Shown piece after piece: positions 49,312 to 61,154 of a stretch of DNA of 64,000 nt (position 1 is the first letter of the stretch; every line of letters begins with the position of its first letter). Both the position numbers and the translations under genes were made by a program. Under the pieces are notes generated by a model that searched no databases, had not been told where the DNA came from, and saw only the letters and a program-made list of their open reading frames with translations. Source of the stretch: Macrostomum lignano (Eukaryota); contig NIVC01003631.1 of the NCBI GenBank assembly GCA_002269645.1, positions 1-64,000 of the forward strand, read 5' to 3'.

Positions 49312-52300
49312 AATCTTGGCATTAATATTGTCATTTGGGATTAATACTTTTGGTAGGTATTAGTTTAAGTTGCTAATTATTAGCAAATTAGCATGTAATA
49401 AATCTACTTTCCATTTAGTGCGAGGTTGCCAAAACAGATAAACCTTGCACATGTCACTTTTTTATACAATCTATTTAGCAAAAAAACAGTTCACAAGTCC
49501 CTTTAAGAATCATTTCATATCAATTGTATATATCATCATTATTTTTAATGTAGATATCCTCTCATTAACTTAATTAAGCACATAGTCATTATTGCATGCT
49601 ATGTAATTTTAAATAATTCTTATATATTGAAATTTATAAGCTATACTGTAACTAGTAATGACCCCTCTTTAACTGTTTCTTTTTTCAAGTATAACAGTAT
49701 AGACAAGGCCTAGTGTAGTGCTCATTTGCTTTTAATTATATTTTATGGAGTTTATATCTTGCATTGTTATATTTTACTAGTGTTCATTAAAATTATAAAT
49801 ATTTGGACAGTTATTGCCACCTGACTATGTGGAAAGTATAAATGGATATGCCAATGACTTTGTAGAGGCATAGACAATAGATATTATGGAGTATATTTAA
49901 ATAGAGCCAGCTTTGTCTTTGACAATGTATCCAATATAACTGTGGTATTCATCATTGCTTTCATTGCATTTAACCTATAGCATACTTTAATTCTAGAGAC
50001 AGTTGAAGTATTGGCTAAGCTGCACTATTATACCATATATATATCAATGCCATCAACTTGCTAGATACACTTTTCTATTGCATCTGTTCTTACATTTTTA
50101 CTGACAATTTATATATTGAGACATTTTTCCTAGGGCTTAAGTGAATTTGCTTACCATTTTTACTATTATTAGCCTGTTAGCAAACAATGAAAAATAGTAT
50201 AATAAATATAATTGTTAACTTTTGCCATAAAATTGTTTGGGACTAGGACTAAAAAGTAAAGGTATCATTTTTCAATAAGGTTTTTGCATAGAGCATATTC
50301 AGTTATAGCAAAAATAACCTTTTTTTGTTTAAAATATATGCTGATTGTTCTCACTGTAAATATCACTGCCACCAAAGTTGATGTAGGGCTAACTTCTATC
50401 TCTTAAAATAATCCTCCCAATTCCATTAATGTTGTGCTCTAGGTAATTTTTATGTTCTTATATTTATCTATTGGTAGCATATTTATGTACTATACTTCTG
50501 GCCTGAACAGTCTAATGGCACTATCTACTTTATTTTTATTATTAACTTTTATAGAGGTTTTCTCTTAGTCTTGGGCATTTCTAGGATTAGAGAGTCATGG
50601 CTTCTAAGCAATTTCACTGCCTTGAGGCAGTTTCTCCTACCCTGAGGCAATTCTGCCACTCTATAATGATTATTGCCCTGAGGTGATTCTTGCATTTAGT
50701 GGATTTCTAATATTCCCAACTGAGGGTTTTGGTCTAAGAAATGAACAAGTCTTTTAAATACTGCAAATAGCAATTTAATATGCAAATGACTTTATTAGCT
50801 CAAGCTTGCAAGATGTTAAATAGACAAATTGTTATAATCTTAAATTGCTATTTACTTGGCCTACTTTGGGCTCCTATTTATATAGTTCAAATGATATATA
50901 TGCACAACAGTTGGCTAAGTCGGCTGATCTGGCCAACCAATTTGGTGGCCAACCAAGGTAAGTTGCAAAAATGCTTATCCAAATAAATACCAAAGTGATA
51001 CTAAGTAGATGATGAGGAATTTTGCCTTAATAAGACAGTCATAGTTACTCTTACCATTTACCCAAAATTGTGTTAATTTTACTTTAGGGCTTCTTTTACA
51101 TTCTTGTGCTCCAGTTTAACTGGTTTCTATGTTTCACATTCTACGTTTTGATTGCTGCATGGTTTCTAGTTATTGACTTAATAAATCAAGCGGTCTTGTG
51201 CTACACACTTAGTAATAGGCCTAGTCTATGGCTACTTATGTTTTTTTCACTGGATTAATAGTTTGTACGCATATCTATTTCTATGCAGTTAAATTTCATT
51301 AAATCGCTGATTAAGCATTCTGTGTAAGTTCTGTGGTTAAAATAAACTTTTATTTTGTAGAATATTAGTTGATTTTAGAACATTTAAACAAAAATATAAC
51401 TTTGAGCAAAAATTGAAATACTATAGTTTCTAAGAAAGAATTCATAAATTTAGCTTATAGTTTGCTATATTTATATTTGTAACTAGCACATGGTATACAT
51501 ATTTGGTCAAAAATACATATACCATGTGCTAGGAAAGAGTTCTACCTTGGTGCCAAAATTTAGTCAATTTTGGTGAGTTTTTTATAAGCCAAAATTTGAT
51601 AAAATGTTATTTTTGCAATATTGCTAAATTTTTCATAACATTACTAATTGCATAATAAAATTAATATAAATGATACAAATGTTTTAAGTTAAAAAAATCT
51701 TCTATTTATGCGTTAGTGTTGGTGGTTAGTGTAGTAGTCTTGAGGGGGGCTGCCTAGTCTTAGTCCAGTTTATATCTTATATCAAAGTCTTAGTCTTGAC
51801 TCCTATGGTCTTATATAGTAGAATTAAAAATTAAAACATGTTTTCACACATGTCGAAGTTAAGAAAAATACTTTTTGCAAATTATATTAGGCTTAGGGTA
51901 ATATATGGGAAGGCCACTGGTCCTTATCTTGAAGAAAGATTAAGCATGCCAACTATTGTATAGATAAATACTGTCGCGAGAGCTCCGTAAACGCCTCACG
52001 GTATACCAACCACCCTATTATTATTACGAATTGTTATTTCCGCATAAGAAAAGGAAAAGACAAGGGTTTAAATAAACTATCCAGTTTAACAAATTTAGTT
52101 TTTTCAAATTCACTGCAGTTAAGTTTGATATTATCAGGTATATGTATATTTAAAAATTAGAAACTTTATATATTTTCGGACTATTACAGGTTTAGCTAGA
52201 AAAGTATATGTACGTAATTGTGATATTTATACCATTTAAATGTAAATTTATACACGAATGTCAAGCGGCACTGCCACCGAGACATCAGACATGACACGGA

Positions 52301-52417
52301 TTCCTTACTCCTAAAAAATGGATATGTTTAGAAAAAATCTTTGACGGCTATTCGGCTATCTCTATATGCGTGTTGCCGATAGGTTCCCCCAAATGACTGC
52401 AATTGGCTGTACGGCTA

Positions 52418-53686
52418 CGAGGGGAAGTCAAAAAGAAATGATGATTTTGTTGTAACGCCTAAAATATAAGAGGTATTGAACTGCAACTAGTTTCATTTGA
52501 GAAAAAAATATTTTGTTATTTATTTGACAGAGTTTTGGTTCTTCTAAAGTTACTGATGTCTGCATGATGACGCACTAATCACAGTATACCCTTTCAGCAA
52601 CGGAAAAATAAAAAATCAAAGCTCGCACTGACGTGAAGTTTCTTGTAAAACTTTGTTGGTAGCCAGCTGAAATAATTGACGCTTTGAAGAAGGTCTAGGG
52701 GGGGGCACTGCTCCACCAGATCCAACAATTTACTGCTGGATTTAGGCTTTTAAGGGAGGCGGAGAGTCCGAAGACGCCCATGCAGTGGAGGGATCGAGTT
52801 AAGGCCCACAAACATCGCGCACAGAGGAAAATGTGGCAGCTGTGCAGCAGGTGATTGAGCAGGATTGGCTCGTGACCATAGACGATATTGCTGACCAAAT
52901 GGACATCTCTCATGGCAAGTGCATGCTCACTCCATTAAGTGACGGACTCTTGGCCTGAGCAAGCTGAGTGCCCGCTGGGTCCCGCGGCTGTCGCGGCCTG
53001 AACACCGGGTTCAGCGCACTGAGTGCGCCATCAACCTGCTGAACTGCTTGGACGCTGATTCAGAAAACTTTTACCAACGCTTAGTGACTGGGGATGAAAC
53101 ATGAATATTTTAGTACAGTCCCGAGTCCAAGGTCCAATCCAAGGAGTGGCTGCCACGAGGTTCAGCGGGCCCCAAGAATTTTCGTGCGGAAGGGTCTGCA
53201 GCGAAGGTCTTGGCGACCATCTTCTGGGATTTTGAGGGAGTGGTGATGGTGGACTTCTTGGAAAGCCAGAAGACCATCAGCAATGCAACCTTATATGAGT
53301 CGCTTTTGCAAATGCTCCACTCCGAACTGACTAAAAAGCGACATGGCAAGCTGCACCGTGTGATTCTCTTTCACCACGACAATGCACCAGCTCACACTTC
53401 TCGGATCTGCCGTGAAGCCCTGCGAGATTTCCGCTGGGAAATCCTCCAGCATCCTCCATATAGCCTTGATTTGGCTCCTTAAGACTTTTTTGTTTCCCAA
53501 GCCGAAGGAAGCGAACAAAGGAGTCCAACCATGAGGACAGAGGCTGCCAAAAAGGCTACTGTACAGTGGCTTGCTGCACAGCCTCCTGAGTTCTACGCGT
53601 ATGGCCTGGAGAGATGGCGACACCGCATGGAGAAGTGCCTGACCCTGGAGGGGGGACTTATCATTACTTTTTTACTTCCCCTACTG
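52418..53686 (+). mobile_element. Decayed mariner (DD34D; Himar/Hsmar2-like) element, ~1.27 kb, with pseudogenised transposase
   Basis: Left TA|CGAGGGGAAGTCAAAAAGAAATGA; right TCATTACTTTTTTACTTCCCCT(ACTG)|TA. Transposase motifs KLSARWVPR, RLVTGDET, ATIFWDFEGVVMVDFL, LFHHDNAPAHTS, HPPYSLDLAP*DF, interrupted by stops and frameshifts. Confidence 0.92.
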
Positions 53687-54518
53687 TATACTAGCCAATG
53701 ACGGTTGACCAACCATGTACTGTAGAAAGAACTTGACGCGCCTAAGGCCAACTAAAGACCTTGGAAAAGCCATGTACGACATGTATTATACAGCTGTAAT
53801 TATTCAATGGGTTCAGGAATAGAGAAAAAAACATTTTTTGCCAAGGAATATATTTTACCTACTACTGTATACATGTCAGTATTTAACTTTAATGTACATG
53901 CAACGCTATTTCATTAGTCGTCCTCTATTTTTATTCGCTACACGTCGTCGTGCGTCATTAATGCTTGTACGTACAGGCATTCGTCGTTGGCACAGACACA
54001 AGGGCACACTATATGATACGTTATACTGACAGATTTTTAAACTACATGTAATAAAATGACTCCTAGAAAAGACTGGCTTGCTGGGATAATCCTAGAAAAC
54101 TCCGACAGCTACGCTATGAATGAATCTGCGAATCATGAAAGCTATATTATAATAGAAACGATAATATGCATGTACAGCGTTGTGGTTGACAGGTGCAGAA
54201 TGCTTTGAATTCATTTAATTCAGAAGCACATAGCATCGGTTGTTTAACTTGATCTAATGAATAAAAGTCAAACGCATGTTAGAGTATCAGAGTGAGGAAA
54301 CGACAGCTAACTTATGTTTAACTAATGCTCCACTATTAAAGCTCCATGCATAACTACGTACATTCTTATCGTAGTACTTGAGTTCCTTGGTTCACTTCTC
54401 TATTTATTAACCAAATCAAGATACAAACTGAGCAGCAAATACTTGGCTGTTTGCATAATTTACATGTACTAATCAATTATTGACTGTTCCATTTCGAAAT
54501 GTCCTTCAAAATCATTTA

Positions 54519-57500
54519 TCAATCATCCTTGATAGTCGAAGCTGCTTCGGCGCTGACACCTGATGCACTACTGAGCTGTGGGTTGCCTTCCAGTAGTCTG
54601 TGATTATTGCAAACCGATATTTTAAAGTTTGTTTCCTTTAAGAAAGTCAATATAGCAGGCTAGAAAACACACAAAATGATTACCTCTGCCGATTAAATGT
54701 TGGAAATGTTGATTCGATATCAGCCAAAGCTCTGGCAGTCGGGTTGTCCTCCTTAAATGAATGATTGTTTAGGTGGATAGGTAGAGATCGCAGTGAGATC
54801 GCAGTGAGACCGCAGTACACAGGATAGAGACCGCAGTACACAGGATAGAGACCGCAGTACACAGGATAGAGACCGCAGTACACAGGATACAAACCGCAGT
54901 ACACAGGATACAGACCGCAGTACACAGGATACAGACCGCAGTACACAGGATAGAGACCGCAGTACACAGGATAGAGACCGCAGTACACAGGATACAGACC
55001 GCAGTACACAGGATACAGACCGCAGTACACAGGATAGAGACCGCAGTACACAGGATACAGACCGCAGTACACAGGATACAGACCGCAGTACACAGGATAC
55101 AGACCGCAGTACACAGGATAGAGACCGCAGTACACAGGATACAGACCGCAGTACACAGGATACAGACCGCAGTACACAGGATACAGACCGCAGTACACAG
55201 GATAAAGACCGCAGTACACAGGATACAGACCGCAGTACACAGGATACAGACCGCAGTACACAGGATAGAGACCGCAGTACACAGGATAAAGACCGCAGTA
55301 CACAGGATAAAGACCGCAGTACACAGGATAGAGACCGCAGTACACAGGATTGAGACCGCAGTACACAGGATTGAGACCGCAGTACACAGGATAGACATCA
55401 CCACATACAAGATAGAGATAGTATACATGTAAAAGGAGAAAGGCCTGTGGCTAGAGGTCACTGATCGAATATAGGTCACTGAATATAGGTCACTGGTTAA
55501 GCACTCACCGAACTCCTATCAGATGAAGACCCCAGCTTAGACAATCGCTTATGCTTCTTATGCAACGGCTTAGACTCGATGATCATCTCCTCCAGTTCGA
55601 AGGTCGGGTCGCAGTTCAGCTGATGCCGCGGCGGTCGAAAGGCCGGCTGCGCCGCCTTGGCTAGCAGCCTGTCCCAGTCCAGCTGCCTGGTGAATGGGTG
55701 CGACTTCACCTGAGTCAGGGAGCTCAGCCGCTGGTTGGGGTCGGGCTCCAGCAGGGCTTGCACCGCAGCTCGCAGCTGCGAGGATGTCGACGTTGAATAG
55801 CGAACACCGGCGGACTGGATGCTGGAGAGACAATCGGCCGAGCTCATGTCGCCTGACAGGTCGTAGGGCCGCTGTGTTGCGGAAGGATTGCACAAGTGAC
55901 AGCACTGAGGATACAGGAGTGACAGCACTGAGGATACAGGAGTGACAGCACTGAGGATACAGGAGTGACAGCACTGAGGACACAGTGGTGACAGCAGTGA
56001 AGACAGGGGTGACAGCAGTGAAGACACACGGGTGACAGCAGTGAAGACACAGGGGTGACAGCAGTGAAGACACAGGGGTGACAGCAGTGAAGATACAGGG
56101 GTGACAGCAGTGAAGACACAGGGGTGACAGCACTGAGGACACAGGGGTGACAGCAGTGAAGACACAGGGGTGACAGCAGTGAAGACAGGGGTGACAGCAG
56201 TGAAGACACAGGGGTGACAGCAGTGAAGACACAGGGGTGACAGCACTGAGGACACAGTGGTGACAGCAGTGAAGACACAGGGGTGACAGCACTGAGGACA
56301 CAGTGGTGACAGCAGTGAAGACACAGGGGTGACAGCAGTGAAGACAGGGGTGACAGCAGTGAAGACACAGGGGTGACAGCAGTGAAGACACAGGAGTGAC
56401 AGCACTGAGGATACAGGAGTGACAGCACTGAGGATACAGGAGTGACAGCACTGAGGATACAGGAGTGACAGCACTGAGGATACAGGAGTGACAGCAGTGA
56501 AGACACAGGGGTGACAGCACTGAGGACACAGTGGTGACAGCAGTGAAGACACAGGGGTGACAGCAGTGAAGACAGGGGTGACAGCAGTGAAGACACAGGA
56601 GTGACAGCACTGAGGATACAGGAGTGACAGCACTGAGGATACAGGAGTGACAGCACTGAGGATACAGGAGTGACAGCACTGAGGATACAGGAGTGACAGC
56701 ACTGAGGATACAGGAGTGACAGCAGTGAAGACACAGGGGTGACAGCACTGAGGACACAGGGGTGACAGCAGTGAAGACACAGGGGTGACAGCAGTGAAGA
56801 CACACGGGTGACAGCAGTGAAGACACAGGGGTGACAGCAGTGAAGACACAGGGGTGACAGCAGTGAAGATACAGGGGTGACAGCAGTGAAGACACAGGGG
56901 TGACAGCACTGAGGACACAGGGGTGACAGCAGTGAAGACACAGGGGTGACAGCAGTGAAGACAGGGGTGACAGCAGTGAAGACACAGGGGTGACAGCAGT
57001 GAAGACACAGGGGTGACAGCACTGAGGACACAGTGGTGACAGCAGTGAAGACACAGGGGTGACAGCACTGAGGACACAGTGGTGACAGCAGTGAAGACAC
57101 AGGGGTGACAGCAGTGAAGACAGGGGTGACAGCAGTGAAGACACAGGGGTGACAGCAGTGAAGACACAGGAGTGACAGCACTGAGGATACAGGAGTGACA
57201 GCACTGAGGATACAGGAGTGACAGCACTGAGGATACAGGAGTGACAGCACTGAGGACACAGTGGTGACAGCAGTGAAGACAGGGGTGACAGCAGTGAAGA
57301 CACAGGGGTGACAGCAGTGAAGACACACGGGTGACAGCAGTGAAGACACACGGGTGACAGCAGTGAAGACACAGGGGTGACAGCAGTGAAGACACAGGGG
57401 TGACAGCAGTGAAGACACAAGGGTGACAGCACTGAAGACACAGGGGTGACAGCACTGAGGACACAGGGGTGACAGCAGTGAAGACACAGGGGTGACAGCA

Positions 57501-57767
57501 GTGAAGACACAGGGGTGACAGCAGTGAAGACACAGTGGTGACAGCAGTGAAGACACAGGGGTGACAGCAGTGAGGACACAGGGGTGACAGCACTGAGGAC
57601 AAGGGGTGACAGCAGTGAAGACACAGGGGTGACACGATCCAATGCACTAAAGCCACGCCCTACCTTCAGCCGGTGCATCTCGTACAGAGTCATGCCCAGC
57701 GACCACCAGTCAGCCGAAAACGAGTAGCCCTCAGCCTGCCGCAGGCTGGTGAGAAACACTTCCGGCG
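54519..57767 (-). CDS. STK32: STK32/YANK-family Ser/Thr kinase, 3' portion (5' exons not found in window). Exons 57767-57664, 55871-55509, 54751-54684, 54597-54519
   Basis: Subdomains VIII-IX APEVF..GYSFSADWWSLGMTLYEM, then RPY..LLEPDPNQR and the family signature LNCDPTFELEEMIIESKPLHKKHKRL, then FPTFNRQR. Junctions are GT-AG and phase-consistent (1/0/0/2). Confidence 0.88.
54790..55395. repeat. 21-bp minisatellite CCGCAGTACACAGGATA(G/C/A)AGA, ~28 copies
   Basis: Direct reading. Confidence 0.95.
55895..57635. repeat. 21/23-bp variant minisatellite GTGACAGCA(G/C)TGA(A/G)GA(C/T)ACAG(GG/GA/TG), filling intron 55872-57663
   Basis: Direct reading. Confidence 0.95.
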
Positions 57768-58276
57768 CTGCGGATTTAGGCGCGAGCGGAGCGAATACTG
57801 CATCAATGCGATCATTACTCATTCGCACTAATCCCATCCCAGTCTCCAGAAAACTGCAAGCATTGATTCGGTCACGCGCTTAGAAAAGAAAGAAATTCCA
57901 TCTCCCCATTGTTGCTGACCGGAAGAGAGCTCGACCTACTTCTCGTCAAGCCCATCCCCAATGCACTGCTGGCACGCAATCTAGCGCTGTTACACTGTAT
58001 ATTACTATAGAGCATATGGCAGCAATGATTACTTATTTAATGGGAATCTGAGACACCCAGGCGGAGCCATTCATTCTAGCTTGGCGAGGACTGAGAGGGC
58101 ATCGATTAGCAGCAGCCAGCCTTCGCCCCGCTCCTGCATGCTGTCTTGAGACGCTCCGCACTGCTTGAGAAATCTGGCTGAACCGCCTCTCCGCTCCTCC
58201 CCTTCTGCAGCCGGCCCACCCGCTTCCCCGTTGCTGATCCTCGCAAATCCCACTTTCTATTGCTAAAGCCTTCTGT

Positions 58277-58782
<506 letters not shown>

Positions 58783-59732
58783 TAATCAGCTTTGCCATTT
58801 TTTATCGAACTCAGCGAAGCAAGGCCAATGCAAGATCATTAGGCTCAAGTGAAGTAGTAGGAAGAGTCCAACAGTTCAAGAAAGATTCAGTTTCCTGCAA
58901 AAGAGATAGGAAGAAGGAGTAGAAACGTGACGGGCAACGATTCATCAAATGCTGTGTCAGTTTCGTGAAGTCCTCCACAAGAGAGCCGCCTCGCGGAGCG
59001 GGGATGCCGCAGTGATTAAGTAAAATGTATTTGAATCAGCCTACCAGGCCTCACTCGAATACAAAGTCTAGTCCTATTTTTTATGAAATTTCAAATAGAA
59101 AAAACTAAAAAACTAAGAAAATGGTTCATTTGAGTCGAGTCAGCCTAAACCATGTTTCTGCTTGCTTAGTTAGAGCTAGTGAATTCAAGCGTTTGGTTAA
59201 GTCCCTGTTAGAGAAGTGCTCAGGAAATGTAGGCGTGAAAAACCGCGAGAAGAAAAAGGAAGAAATTAGAGCAGAAGATGCGGCAGTCCAGCTCAGGCAA
59301 CCGTCGGTTGAAGAAGCTCGAAAACAACAGAAACTGAGACTGAGGGCACGCGACCTCCCCGCCGGTGCAAGGTGAAATTCGAGACGAAAGGCTGGCTGCA
59401 TCGGAGGAATCGCTTGAGCAAGCTCTCTTTGATCTCAAAGCTTGAGGTGGGTGCTATTAATTTGTGCAGACCGTTTGTTTCTGGTAGGGGAGGGGGCCGC
59501 CACAGCTGCTCTGAGATCGATGGCGATTTGTTGCTTAGCAACAGGGCAAAAATCATTACCTGCTCCTTGCTTATTGTGCGATTCGCTGACTTCAAGCGAG
59601 TCAACACAGTCATCATTATTCCTAATATGCGGCCTGTAATTATGCCGACTTCTGCCCGATGTCTGCTACCAATGTTTATAACACTCTAGGAGCTTCTACT
59701 GTCCTGCAGCCTCCACCTTTCAAGTCTGAGTG

Positions 59733-60850
59733 CCTCACTCTGCCTCACTCTGCCTCATTCTGCCTCACTCTGCCTCACTCTGCACTCACTCTGCCTCACT
59801 CTGACTCACTCTGCCTCACTCTGCCTCACTCTGCCTCACTCTGCACTCACTCTGCCTCACTCTGACTCACTCTGCCTCACTCTGCCTCACTCTGCCTCAC
59901 TCTGACTCACTCTGACTCACTCTGCCTCACTCTGCCTCACTCTGCCTCACTCTGCCTCACTCTGCCTCACTCTGCCTCACTCTGACTCACTCTGCCTCAC
60001 TCTGCCTCACTCTGCCTCACTCTGCACTCACTCTGCCTCACTCCGCCTCACTCTGCCTCACTCTGCCTCACTCCGCCTCACTCTGCCTCACTCTGCCTCA
60101 CTCTGCCTCACTCTGCCTCACCCTGCCTCACTCCGCCTCACTCTGCACTCACTCTGCCTCACTCTGCCTCACCCTGCCTCACTCCGCCTCACTCTGCACT
60201 CACTCTGCCTCACTCTGCCTCACTCTGCCTCACTCTGCACTCACTCTGCCTCACTCTGCCTCACTCTGCCTCACTCTGCCTCACTCCGCCTCACTCTGCA
60301 CTCACTCTGCCTCACTCTGCCTCACTCTGCCTCACTCTGCACTCACTCTGCCTCACTCTGCCTCACTCTGCCTCACTCTGCCTCACCCTGCCTCACTCCG
60401 CCTCACTCTGCACTCACTCTGCCTCACTCTGCCTCACCCTGCCTCACCCTGCCTCACTCTGCCTCACTCTGCCTCACTCTGCCTCACTCTGCCTCACTCT
60501 GCCTCACTCCGCCTCACTCTGCACTCACTCTGCCTCACTCTGCCTCACTCTGCCTCACCCTGCCTCACTCCGCCTCACTCTGCACTCACTCTGCCTCACT
60601 CTGCCTCACTCTGCACTCACTCTGCCTCACTCTGCCTCACTCTGCCTCACTCTGCCTCACTCTGCCTCACTCTGCCTCACTCTGCCTCACTCTGCACTCA
60701 CTCCGCCTCACTCTGCACTCACTCTGCCTCACTCTGCCTCACCCTGCCTCACTCTGCCTCACTCTGCCTCACTCTGCCTCACCCTGCCTCACTCTGCCTC
60801 ACTCTGCCTCACTCTGCACTCACTCTGCCTCACTGAGCCTCACTCTGCCA
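59733..60850. repeat. 10-bp repeat CTCACTCTGC, ~110 units
   Basis: Direct reading. Confidence 0.95.
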
Positions 60851-60862
60851 CATGAGGCGGCG

Positions 60863-61097
60863 TGTTGGTTTGCAGGGTCAGACTCTTGAGTTATTGATCT
60901 ACGAGTATATATTTTATTGAACCAATGAGCCAATGCCTTCTTACACCCGAAGTGTTCAGATGTACGTATTCACTCTAAGCACTTTATTTATTTTATGCCT
61001 TCTGTGCGCGCACTGCACCAACCACCCCAATATTATCACTATCGTGTTTGCTATATATCGTTAGTTTTCTCTCGCTTTGAAATCGTGAAATACAACA
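60863..61097 (+). repeat. Possible 5' LTR of the gypsy element
   Basis: TGTTG...CAACA inverted ends 235 bp apart, directly upstream of gag, containing CCAAT and TATATA. No clear PBS follows, and the 3' LTR is outside the window. Confidence 0.3.
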
Positions 61098-61154
61098 GCA
61101 TTTTGACCATGCATAATTAAGCTAGACTTGTTTCATTCAATCGACGACACGTCA

